DNA of 64,000 nt from Iphione sp. A-MEVVRFRX5 (lineage: Eukaryota): contig OZ320317.1 in the NCBI GenBank assembly GCA_976226885.1, positions 11,780,001 to 11,844,000 on the forward strand. The letters are read 5' to 3'. Below the pieces are notes generated by a model. It was not told where the DNA came from and did not search any database. It saw nothing but the letters and a program-made list of their open reading frames with translations. Below are positions 48,383 through 59,304 of the stretch, in pieces; the stretch's first letter is position 1; each line of letters opens with the position of its first letter. The translations under genes were made by a program, and so were the position numbers.

Positions 48383-49499
48383 CATCTATCTCTCTTTTGC
48401 TTTCTGTCTCTTTCTTGGTGCTGCCTTGGCCACCCTTGTCACCTCCTGTCCCCTGTGACTATCTTAAACTGCCACCACTGTCACCTCTCCTTCATCTACC
48501 CTAACATAATTCTGATCTCCCCCCCCCCCCACCTCATTGAAGGGTGCTAGGGTGGGACCAGAGGTTAATATGATTTTTGACCGGTCGTGACCCAGGGCAT
48601 GCACCCCAGTTGGAGGTCAGGTAACCTATGACCTAAGGTTGCGAACTATGACCAGAAGGTTACAAATCCCTGACATAGGGTCCTGACCTATCAGTATATA
48701 ATGTCTCGATCTCTTCACACTTTTCGGAAAGCTCTTGCGACTACTACCTGTATGGTCTACTTGGCTGAAATAAGGATCAACTAACTTGGAAACCTGTGTC
48801 GTCTTGAGTTGTGTTACAATATGGATGAATATGATAATCAGGCTATGCTGTAAAAACTTGTTTTTAATTCAACTGGCGGACCACTGAGTATTCTTTTAAT
48901 TGCAATATTTACAACGTTGGTGTACTGGTCTCCCTCGTTCTCTTGTAGGTGCTCGGTTGAGGTATCGACAGTTGAGTGACGTCATTTGAATGCACTGGTT
49001 GGCACGACCAGACTAAGCCCAGACACCTGCGATGTGCATTTGTGAGGATAACTGTTTCAAAAAAAGGTGGACTCTCAGGACAGCTTCACAGTAACATCCA
49101 AAGTCAGATAAAATGACGGTTTATGATTTAGAGTTGAAGACAGGTAGCTGGCTGTAAGTGAATCGTGACTATGTACATGATAAGATATACAAGTCTTTAA
49201 TACCGCTTTGGTGCTTGGACACATTCATAGATTAGTTTTTTAAAAAACCTACCTGTGTAACTATTGTTTCTGGTGAAATGGTAGTTCTGTAGCACTGTGG
49301 CTGCTATACTATCGATGAAAAATTTGTTTATTGTTTGCATTGATATTTTTTTTTATTTTACATCAAGTGAAGATTCGTCATGCTTCTAGGGGACAATGGG
49401 TGATAATCCATTGAGCTTGAAAGAAGAAGATGACTAGCATACAGACATCTTCAAAAAATGACTTGCATGTGTAAGAATATCCATGTCAGAGCAGGATAA

Positions 49500-49807
49500 A
49501 GAGGTATTTACATGTATCCATGTTTTGGTCAATACATCTCCGGACCCGTAGATGGGTTTTTTATCTGTCCAAAGCATTATTACTGGTGTCTTTACATGCA
49601 TCCATTCTAAATGGACACTGGTCCTTGGCCTATTTCAAAACCCATCCAGGTTGTATTTTATACAGATAACCATCCATTTCTCATAGACTTCTATAGTAGA
49701 GCAACATCTGCTATACACGTCAGCAATTCATGTATAGACTGGCAGGAGGTATTCCATGTCTCCGGACCCGTGGATGGATTTTTCCTATGGATACATGTGA
49801 ATACTGC
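49500..49807. mobile_element. Degenerate Harbinger-type MITE related to 56880-57175
   Basis: Ends TAA|agaggtatttacatgtatccat and atggatacatgtgaatactgc|TTA. The interior (ccggacccgtagatgggttttttatctgtccaaag) resembles the 56880 element. Confidence 0.55.
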
Positions 49808-49811
49808 TTAA

Positions 49812-50098
49812 GGCAGGGTTTACATGTACACATTGACTTTCATGGCAGACGTTCCGTTTGGCATTATTTTCAGACAGGTCTTGCTTACCTAATGAACCCC
49901 AGATGTCCAGCGCGAGGAAGTACAGCATAGAATTTCTTGGTAGTGCATGCGTTTTCGTTACAATCCGTTCTGGACTGTTTGGTGAAACGGACATGTTTAT
50001 GTAACGGTTGTGATCAGACAAAAAGGTCGTTAAATTCCGTGACTACTCAGTCACACAGGGTAATGTGGGAAACAAAATGTGTACGAGTAAAACCCACC
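49812..50098. mobile_element. Second degenerate Harbinger-type MITE abutting the previous one
   Basis: GGCAGGGTTTACATGTACACA versus the reverse complement of tgtgtacgagtaaaacccacc (16 of 21 identical). Confidence 0.4.
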
Positions 50099-51760
50099 TT
50101 GGGGGGTGGGGGTGGGTGGATTTTCATTTCCTGTATGTTTTAACACACAGTGCAGCGCTGTGCATTAACCCCCTAGTAGAGGTACATGATACCACATTGT
50201 AACAAGGTGTCTCTTGCAATACCATCCTATGCTATCACAGAACGAGATGCGCTATAACCCCACCAGACCAATGAGGGGAAACACAATAGGATGCATCAGC
50301 TTCACGAATGAACACATGTAAACACGCTATTAGATATGCTATGTACTCTAGCATGGAAACACATGTGTTACCCCCTCCCCCGCCCTTAGAAGGGTGTTCA
50401 GAAATCGTTTATCGCTATATTTGAGTATTTGGTCTCAAGCTGGGCCGGGTTATTTTTATGACACCGTGTGTTGCACAGTTTGATGACACTAGAGAATGAC
50501 ATTACACGAGTATTGCGCCGTACTTAACCTCTCCGAGCGTATGATATCCAAGTTTGACGTTACCGGAAGGCAAACAGTATTACATATTGACAATGTTGTA
50601 TTTTTTTAATTTGTTTTAGTTCATGGGAAGTGTATATTTGATATACATGAAGTTATGTACTCGCGGGCCCTACACCAGCAGGATACTTGACAGAATCGGT
50701 GGTGGTCTTGACATTGTTGGTTCCATATACACACTTAGAGTTAATCATAGAATCATATTATTTAGTTTACGTTTCCTGTTTTCCTCATATTAGTTACTAT
50801 AGTAGTGGTGGTAACCAAACAGTATGCTGTTTGACTAGTAAATAAATCCTTAAAACTTGCTGTCGTCTTGTTTGTTTTTTGTTCCTATTTACAATTTCTT
50901 TCATCATTATTTCCTACCTAAAGAAGCCTACAGCTTAATTTGTTTTCATCCGTAAATTGGAAACACGTTCTCTAAAGACCCTGTGCACTACCTGTTGTAA
51001 TTGGGATTAAGTGTATAACTTTGCCCGTAATCTCGCAGTCAGACGGTCGATCGAGAGGATTGACACAAACTACCAGATACAAATAGACCATTAATTTTGG
51101 AGAAGGGTGGGCTCTGGATGGTTTGCTGCCTGGAGTGCCAGCATTGCTGTCTGTCACCTATCTTATATCAATGATAAGAGTGCTGTCAATATCTACTCCA
51201 ATAATTTGCCTTCAAAGTGATCATCATTTCTACACATGACACTGAAAATGTAAGTAATTGCTTCATAATGTAGCGTGAATAGTAATGGAAATGCATTTAA
51301 ATTACAGGGATTGATATGTCCACCAAAAAAATACAATGTTACCTAACTACACCTAGGTTGCTGTTACACACTGTTATGCAGCACTATGAAAAAGAAGGAA
51401 GGATTGAGGGAAGAAGTGATGGGAGGGAGGGGTGAAGAATGAGGTGAACAAGAGAAAAATAACATTATCATTATCATTATTTGACTATATTTCCACTGGT
51501 TCTTATTCATACAATAAATTTGTAGCTGTATTCGGTACCAGCATGTCTGCTCAGGTGGAGCTACGTCATAATATTAAATCATAACATAACTTCACGTATA
51601 ATGGAGACAGGTAAGAAGTGATGAATGAGTGATAAAGGAAAACAGTAGGGGAGAGTGATAAATAAACAGAGAGAAAGGGGAAGAGAACGGACAGAAATGA
51701 AAACAGTGAGAGGGTAAAGCAGTGGGGGAGACGGGAAAAGAAGTGAGGGGACCTGATTAC

Positions 51761-51991
51761 GAGGCCCATAGCCAAGGGGGTATCTGGAGTATTGTCCGAC
51801 ACCCCCACCCACCCACCCATTCACCCACAAAGGCCAATGAGTACCACCCAGAGACCTACCTATAATACCTATATATGTACATGTAATACTCTGTGATGTC
51901 AAAATGCAGAAAGATGGCCATAAGTGCTCACCAGGAGTTCCACCTCTCTGCTTTTGGATACCCAGCACAAAAGTTCCTGCCTACGGGTCTG
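51761..51991. mobile_element. 231-bp TIR element with 5-bp TSD (hAT5-like)
   Basis: ATTAC|GAGGCCCATAGCCAAG...CCTGCCTACGGGTCTG|ATTAC; same family as 58958-59304, opposite orientation. Confidence 0.75.
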
Positions 51992-53079
51992 ATTACTATA
52001 AGCTCAAGGGTCGCTGTAGTTTCAACTGCTTATGGCATTGAGATTGAAATGTGATTTCCTACGTGTTAAGTTAGGCAGTGAACAGTTCCAAGAGAATCCA
52101 ATGAATAGCTCAAAGCAACAAATTAAAACTAGTTAAAGAATTACTTTGGGAACAACTAAGAAGGATTTGAGCAGTAACACCAGCCTGAGCTAGTTTATAA
52201 AATCTATGGTGTTCTTTTTCCTGTGTGTCAACTGTGACGATGGTGCAGTGAGCTTTATAGTTCACTTTTGTTGTCAAAAAACTAACTGGGGGCCAGACGA
52301 AAAGAATACTAATGGATAGGATGCAGGAACATTTTCTGAAGATCCCCAAACTATGTATCAAACGACACATAGAATCCCAATAGTGCATTAATGTAGTAAT
52401 ACAATGATTATTACAGACCACTAGCAACAAAATAACACCTGATGAGCCCTGAGGGGAGAAACCTTGTGTGAATATCCTGCTATGATGATAAAGATTAATG
52501 GACATATGATCCATGAGTTTAAAAATCCATCTCTATCAAGCATTTTTGATTTAAAGAGAAAACTATTTTTTTTCAACAAGTGGAAAGGAAATAGAGGATG
52601 TCGACAGAGAAAGATATGTTATTTCCTCATAGGTTTCACTACTCAATGACAGAATAAAGACAGTTTGAATAAGGTTTTCGTATGTCTTTATGTATGCTGA
52701 CAAAATTATACATTTGAAGCACATGTACTTGAATGGTCAGGCCAATCATTGCTCAGTATTCATTCAAAAACTATGCAGTACATGTATTGACAATATATAT
52801 GAGTAAAATGGATGGAATGGAATGTGCTTTAATATATACAATGAAAAGACACCGATGCACATATCTCTCATGGTTAATTTGGGACCATTCCAATACAGGA
52901 GAACCCCACCATGCGACCATACGCTTGGGGCGACCACTCGCCCATGGCGACCACTTTTGGCCAGAACCGACTGCAATTTAGTACATTTGCTATATGATAA
53001 ATGGTGCCCAAGGCGACCACTGGCTTGGGCGACCATTCGCCCATTAGGACCACCATTTTAAGAACAGAAACGCTTGTTT

Positions 53080-53650
53080 GAGGGTGCCCGGGGCGACCAC
53101 CAGCCCTGATACCCAATAAACACTATGAAAACGAGCTTTGAGGAACTCCTGTCGCACTTCTTTGAGGGAAACCGGGGCGACCATGGGCTTGTATCCTGCC
53201 ATAACAAGCCAAGTTAGTGTTTTCTGAGGGTATCCGGGGCGACCGCCAGCCCTGATACCCAATAAACACTATGAAAACGAGCTTTGAGGAACTCCTGTCG
53301 CGCTTCTTTGAGGGTAACCGGGGCGACCACGGGCTTGTATCCCGCCAATTTGAGTGGAAACGTCCCTAGAGGAACTCCTGTCGTGCTTATCTGAGGGTAT
53401 CCGAGGCGACCACCAGCCCTGATACCCGCCAATTTGAGTGGAAACGATCCTAGAGGAACTCCTGTCGTGCTTGTCTGAGGGTATCCGAGGCGACCACCAG
53501 CCCTGATACCCGCCAATTTGAGTGGAATTGATCCTAGAGGAACTCCTGTCATGCTTGTCTGAGGGTATTCGAGGCGACCACCAGCCCTGATACCCGCCAA
53601 TTTGAGTGGAAACGACCCTAGAGGAACTCCTGTCGTGCTTGTCTGAGGGG
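53080..53650. repeat. Subterminal arrays inside the Tigger: two ~130-bp units then four 84-bp units
   Basis: Recurrent ggcgaccaccagccctgatacc and gaggaactcctgtcg. Confidence 0.88.
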
Positions 53651-53695
53651 CGGCCACAGGTGGTTATAAGCGTCCACAGCTGACCCTCTGAATCA

Positions 53696-53962
53696 TTCAC
53701 TCCAGCACTTCTGCCGACCACTCCAGCACTTCTGCCCACCACTCCAGTCCTTCTGCCGGCCACTCCAGCACTTCTGCCCACCACTCCAGCACTTCTGCCC
53801 ACCACTCCAGCACTTCTGCCGACCACTCCAGCACTTCTGCCCACCACTCCAGTCCTTCTGCCGGCCACTCCAGCACTTCTGCCGACCACTCCAGTCCTTC
53901 TGCCGGCCACTCCAGCACTTCTGCCCACCACTCCAGTCCTTCTGCCCACCACTGCAGCACTT
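53696..53962. repeat. 21-bp minisatellite, about 13 copies, directly upstream of the transposase ATG
   Basis: Unit ctccagcacttctgcc(g/c)acca and variants. Confidence 0.92.
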
Positions 53963-53966
53963 CAAG

Positions 53967-55565
53967 ATGTCTTCCCCCAAGAGAAGAGAACTGTGTCTTG
54001 CTGAGAAGGTGAAACTCATCCAGGCTAGTGAGGGTAAAAGTCAGAGGACTCTTGCCAGCCAATTCAACATAGGCAAGACACAAGTTCACAACATCTTGAA
54101 GAGGAAGGCATCCATCATGGAGGACTTTGATAGGTCCTTCAACCCTCAGGCCAAGAGAAGACATCTATCCCCTGACCTCACCCTCATGGATGAGACAGTC
54201 TTCACCTGGTTTCAGACAGCCAGGGATTCCCAGGTCCCTGTCTCAGGACCATTGATCAGGGAGAGAGCCCAGCATATCAGCAAGGAACTGGGGATAGACA
54301 ACTTCTCTGCCTCTGAGGGATGGCTCCACAGATTCAAGAAGAGGCACTGCATCTCAGGGGTCAAGTTGTCTGGAGAGAGGGCCAGTGTCCCTGAGGGGGC
54401 AGTAGAGCAGTGGCATGAGAGGCTGCCCACCCTCCTTGAGGGATACAAGGAAGAAGACATCTTCAACATGGATGAGACTGGTATCTTCTTCCGGGTCCTC
54501 CCAGACAGAACCCTTGCTGTGAAGGGCAGTGACACAGCTGGGGGTAAGAAGAGTAAGGAGAGGTTGACTCTTGCCCTCTGTGTATCAATGGCTGGACACT
54601 TTGAGAAGCCCCTGGTCATTGGGAAGGCTGCAAGACCCAGGGCCTTCAGGAATTTGGACCTCAATGATTTACCAGTGACATGGAGGTCCAACAAGAAGGC
54701 CTGGATGGTCTCTTCAATCTTTGAGGGGTGGCTCCAGGCCTTCAACAAGAAGATGAAGGCCCAGGGCAGGAAAGTGGCATTGATCTTGGACAATGCCCCT
54801 TCACATCCACATCATCTGAAGGTGTCCAATGTGAAGTTGGTCTTCCTCCCTGCCAACACCACTTCCCTGCTGCAGCCCCTTGACCGGGGGATCATCAAAC
54901 TGGTGAAGAGCCACTATCAGAAAGCAGTCCTCAGGCATGTGCTGGCCAAGTTGGACAGTGGAGCAGACTCCCAGCAGATCATCAAAAGTGTTGATGTCCA
55001 CATGGCCATCACCTGGATGAAGGCAGCTGTGAAGGCTGTGCCAGCCAGCACAGTCTTCAAGTGCTTCAAGAAGGCAGGAGTATCCCCTGACCCAGGTGAT
55101 GCTGACCTCAGCCAGTCACAGCCTGAGGAGGAAGATGAGGAGGAGATCCCCCTGGCAGAGCTCCTCAGAAGGACACATGAAGGACTTCACCTCCCAGGGA
55201 CAGCTCTGACCAGGGAGGACTATGAGGAGATGACCAGCTGCCCATCTCATGATCCCCAGGACATGGGGTGGGAACAACGTATCATTGAGGAGGCCAAGGA
55301 GAAGGCTGGTCTACAGGTACCAGATGAGGAATCCAGGGATGGTGATGATGATGATGATGATGCTGATGATGATCCCATCCCAGGAAGCCAGCACAATCAT
55401 CATGAGATCCTCAACATGCTGGATCATGTTAGGGTGTATTGCCTGTCCAAGGGTATTGCCCCTGCATTGGACCCTGTCATGGACATTATTAACATTCTTG
55501 AGAAAAACCAGGCCCAAAGGATCAGGGTGCAGCCAACACTCCACCAGTTTTTTAAGAAGGAGTAA
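53967..55565 (+). CDS. Intact pogo/Tigger transposase, 532 aa, DD30D
   Basis: N-terminal HTH (LCLAEKVKLI...SQFNIGKTQV), CENP-B HTH (VSGPLIRERA...ASEGWLHRF), catalytic NMDETG, ILDNAPSH and LQPLDRG (30 residues between the last two Asp), acidic linker and C-terminal QPTLHQFF PIP box. AATAAA at 55623. Confidence 0.95.
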   Translation: MSSPKRRELCLAEKVKLIQASEGKSQRTLASQFNIGKTQVHNILKRKASIMEDFDRSFNPQAKRRHLSPDLTLMDETVFTWFQTARDSQVPVSGPLIRERAQHISKELGIDNFSASEGWLHRFKKRHCISGVKLSGERASVPEGAVEQWHERLPTLLEGYKEEDIFNMDETGIFFRVLPDRTLAVKGSDTAGGKKSKERLTLALCVSMAGHFEKPLVIGKAARPRAFRNLDLNDLPVTWRSNKKAWMVSSIFEGWLQAFNKKMKAQGRKVALILDNAPSHPHHLKVSNVKLVFLPANTTSLLQPLDRGIIKLVKSHYQKAVLRHVLAKLDSGADSQQIIKSVDVHMAITWMKAAVKAVPASTVFKCFKKAGVSPDPGDADLSQSQPEEEDEEEIPLAELLRRTHEGLHLPGTALTREDYEEMTSCPSHDPQDMGWEQRIIEEAKEKAGLQVPDEESRDGDDDDDDADDDPIPGSQHNHHEILNMLDHVRVYCLSKGIAPALDPVMDIINILEKNQAQRIRVQPTLHQFFKKE

Positions 55566-55664
55566 CTGATCCACATGGACTATGATACAATTTATTTATT
55601 CAGCATATCCATTTCTCATTGCAATAAATGTATGTAAATGTTATTCTTGAAGTCAGTTGTATTT

Positions 55665-55975
55665 CTTCATTTTACATTCAGTTAATGTACACTTCTTTTC
55701 CCCATAATACATATTCAGTTAATGTACACTTCTTTTCCCCATAATATTCAGTTAATGTACACTTCTTTTCCCCATAATATTCAGTTAATTTAGACTTCTT
55801 TTCCCCATAATATTCAGTTAACTTGGACTTTTTCCCCATAATATTCAGTTAACTTGGACTTTTTCCCCATAATATTCAGTTAACTTGGACTTTTTCCCCA
55901 TAATATTCAGTTAACTTGGACTTTTTCCCCATAATATTCAGTTGATTCAGACTTCTTTTCCCCATAATATTCCCC
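55665..55975. repeat. ~31-33-bp minisatellite in the Tigger 3' region, about 9 copies
   Basis: Unit ataatattcagttaa(tgtacac/cttggac)tt(c)ttttcccc. Confidence 0.9.
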
Positions 55976-56879
55976 ATAGAGAAGGACACATAGAGAGGGA
56001 CATAGAGAGAGAGGGAGACAGAGAGAGGGACAGAGATGGAGAGGGGGAGCCAACCAAGGGGGAACCAATGCCTTAGGAGACCAGTTGCCTAATGCGACCA
56101 CTTAGGCTCAGTCCCTTAGGTGGTCGCAATAGGCGGGTTCGCCTGTATTTGATAGGTAATGGAAGGTGGGAATACAACAAAATGCTCCTGCAGAAATTTT
56201 CAACAGTTTATCTTTTAGAGACATTGAAAGGTCCGGCCCTATATCAACATTGTGAGTGATTATAGAATGTGCCCAGCTTCTTAAGTACCAAAAGAAAAAC
56301 TTGTGTGAACCTCTGCGCCCTATTCACCCCACACTGTCTAGAAATTTTCTACTGTGTTTTTCATCTATAACGTATTTTTTGTAAATTCTGTTTTAGAGTG
56401 CATGTAATCATGTGGCTAAAAACATTTGTTTCTTACTCAAGCTATAGAAATGAACGCAACTATAGGTACAACATTCTTATTCCGTGTATAGATTAATTAC
56501 ATACTCAAGATGTGCAGACCAGATTTCCGGGCAGCTATCGTAAATTATACATGTATAAAGGGAATGGTTGTAGTTTCTGAAGTTGACAATAAAACAAAAG
56601 CCATCCTTTTTCCTGCCATTGTTCATGTCACTGATTCTAGTTGCATTTTAGATGACAGCACAACCAGGGAAAGTAAGAGACAAACAACAATGCAGAATAA
56701 CCTAATAAAAGGATTAATATTAGCAGAAAGTAACAGATGCTCTGAAGCAGCAGTAGCTAAACCGGTTTTGCCACTTTCCAAAATTCCTTCTGTTACAGTA
56801 GTAAATGCAAAGGATAATGTCATAATATGAAATCTACTCCATTCCTGCTTTTGTTGATAATATGTGTTATTCACTGTTA

Positions 56880-57175
56880 GGCGGTGTTCACATGCATCCG
56901 TATTTTTGTAAATGGGTATAGACCCATGGACGTTTTTTATCCATCCAAAGGTAATGTACTAGTGTGTCTACATGCATCCCTTTCAAAACAGATACGGTTC
57001 TGTATCCGTTTTCTGATCCATCACCAATGGATTTTTTACGGACACCAATCCATTTCTCATAGGCTGCAGTGGTCTGACCTTACATAAGATAAGCCTTGAA
57101 TAAACAGAGCAGGGGGGTTCCTACATCTATGGACCTGTAGATGGTTTTTCTTCACGGATGCATGTGAACACTGCC
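56880..57175. mobile_element. PIF/Harbinger-type MITE (296 bp)
   Basis: TTA|GGCGGTGTTCACATGCATCCGT...ACGGATGCATGTGAACACTGCC|TTA: 22-bp TIR with 1 mismatch and a TTA TSD. Confidence 0.9.
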
Positions 57176-58957
57176 TTACAAGTGCTTTCAGCATGGAGGG
57201 TGAAACTGATAGCCCCGGCGACCATCTGACTAGGGAGGTGTGAGGGGGAGGACAGTGCAAGCTCCCGAGTCCAGTTAAGCAGAACCGAAGGTTGTAAAGT
57301 TGAAAGACCAAGAGCTCGGGGGAGGGTGTCAGAGATGGGAGAGTGGTCAAAGTAGAGAGTGTACATCATATCCCTACTCAATGTTGAGAAAATAGTGTCA
57401 CAGATGTCCTTATTTTTAGCGGTAATCATCCTACATACAGAAAACAAGAAGCAGCATGCTTCTTTTTTCCTAAAATATCCTTATTAATCTTTCAGTAAGA
57501 AAGTACAAGTGTTTGACGGAGTCTAACACCCATGAGAGCTCCTCCCCATGGCCGTACTACTTTTAGGCAACATTTAATATAGGTAGTGTTATAATTATAA
57601 CAAAACAAGGCTGACCTAATCACTCATCTCTTGAAGCTAACTTGTTGTGGAGATGATAGGTAAAGAAACAAGATATATGTAGATATTAACATATTGTAAT
57701 GTGTCTCTGTTCTTGGGTGAGTGTTGGCATTTGAAATAAAAGTTGTCCACACAAGTATGCATTTGGTGTTGCTCTCTTCAAGTGCAGTGAGAGTCTGCCT
57801 TTATTCAGGAAAAATCTGGGCCCTTATATACACAGTCTGGCTCTAAAGTTAGCCTTAGTTATGCAAGAACATCTTAAATATAGCAACAATTAACACCTCC
57901 TGATTGATCTTCCCGCTTGCACCGGAAGATTTGCAGATTGCACTGAGCCCTACCTTTTCCTGTCTTGAGTCAGAAGAATTCCACTTTGATACATAATTCT
58001 AACAGAGCGAGTCCTTAGCTAGTGAAAGTGCAATGTTCCAGGTTGACTGCTACAATATGTTCTAGTCAACACTGCATATGGGTTATTGCATTGAGATTGG
58101 TGACCCTATCCATAGTATTCCTAGATGTGCAAAACTTTGCCCTTCAGTTTCACTACTCATCCAGCTCCTCATTATAGTACGTGCATTAGCCTGTTCTTTT
58201 TTCTCATAATTATTCCAATTCTGTTTGAGAGGAGGGATAGTGATAGGGAGTGCGTGGTGTGTGGATAGAGGGCGGAGTGTGGGAGAGTGAGTGGGAATGA
58301 AGGAGTGAAGGAGTGAAAGGAGTGAAGGAATGAAGTGAGTGGCATAGAGTGAGTGACATGCAGTCACTCACTTCTGTCCATTACCCCCATTATCCCTACA
58401 ATCCCTTAATACTGCTCTCCTTTTGGTCCTTGAACGATACACTTCTTTATCCTTTCATGGCTGTAGAAAAACAGCTTCTCAGCAGATTTGACTATTACTC
58501 AATTAACGGATTGCTGAAGTGTCAATGACACCGTTACAACACTTATGTTTACCATTTCTTAAGAAAATGTCTGGAAAACAAGCAAGCTGACTGGTGGATT
58601 CTCTATTATGACATCACGAATAGTAAAAAACGACCTGTTGTAATTGCTTCTGGCGATACGTTAATCATTGATATAATTCTATCAGTTTTGTACTGATCTT
58701 ATGGCCTGTTTTTCACGAAAAACAATAATTTCATTAATGTTTTAATAAGAACAAAAAACAGGAGACAATCTGACCAGGTTTCAACAAACGAACAATAGAT
58801 TAATTTCATATATTATATCTCTAGAAACAGACAACTTTCATCAACCTCATCTGGATAGTCACCTGATCCTCCCTATGGCTTATCTAACATTCCCCGTCAG
58901 CATACTCCTAGCCGCTATCCCCGACTCTCATCTGTCAGCTTAGCAGCTCATAAGTTG

Positions 58958-59304
58958 CAGGCCCGTAGCCAGGAAATCTTAAATTAGAGAGGTGGAAGTT
59001 ATAGCTAGAGAGGTGGAACTCTTGGTTAGAGAGGTCTTCCTTTCCCTCTTTCTCTCTGCTCTCTCTCTCTCTTTCTCTCTCTCCTGTCCCTCTCTCTCAA
59101 CCTCTCTTTCTCTCTCACCCTCTCTCTCCCTCTCTCTCTGCTCTCCCCTCTCTCTCCCTGTCACTCTCTCTCACCCCCCCTCTCTCTCTCTCCCTCTATT
59201 TTTCTCGTGATACACCCTTTGCTATAGGCCTAGAGAGGTGGAATTCCTGCCTTTTCTGGGGGGTATCGGACGATACCCCCAATACCCCCTTGGCTACGGG
59301 CCTG
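58958..59304. mobile_element. 347-bp TIR element with 5-bp TSD (hAT5-like) carrying a CT-rich tract
   Basis: AGTTG|CAGGCCCGTAGCCA...TGGCTACGGGCCTG|AGTTG: perfect 14-bp TIR and identical 5-bp flanks. Confidence 0.85.

Larger units (their letters stand above)
52896..56145 (+). mobile_element. Full-length pogo/Tigger DNA transposon (3250 bp)
   Basis: TA|CAGGAGAACCCCACCATGCGACCA...TGGTCGCAATAGGCGGGTTCGCCTG|TA (imperfect TIRs, TA TSD) encloses an intact transposase ORF. Confidence 0.88.

Noticed and set aside
47116-48550. Cluster of MAMGRADEASG-type ORFs
   Set aside because: Products of the ~84-bp minisatellite and (CT)n tract; frames shift between units.
53214-54164. Repetitive ORFs (GIRAGGRL..., GGQKCWS..., WWAEVLE...)
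   Set aside because: Translations of the 84-bp and 21-bp minisatellites; unit lengths are multiples of 3.
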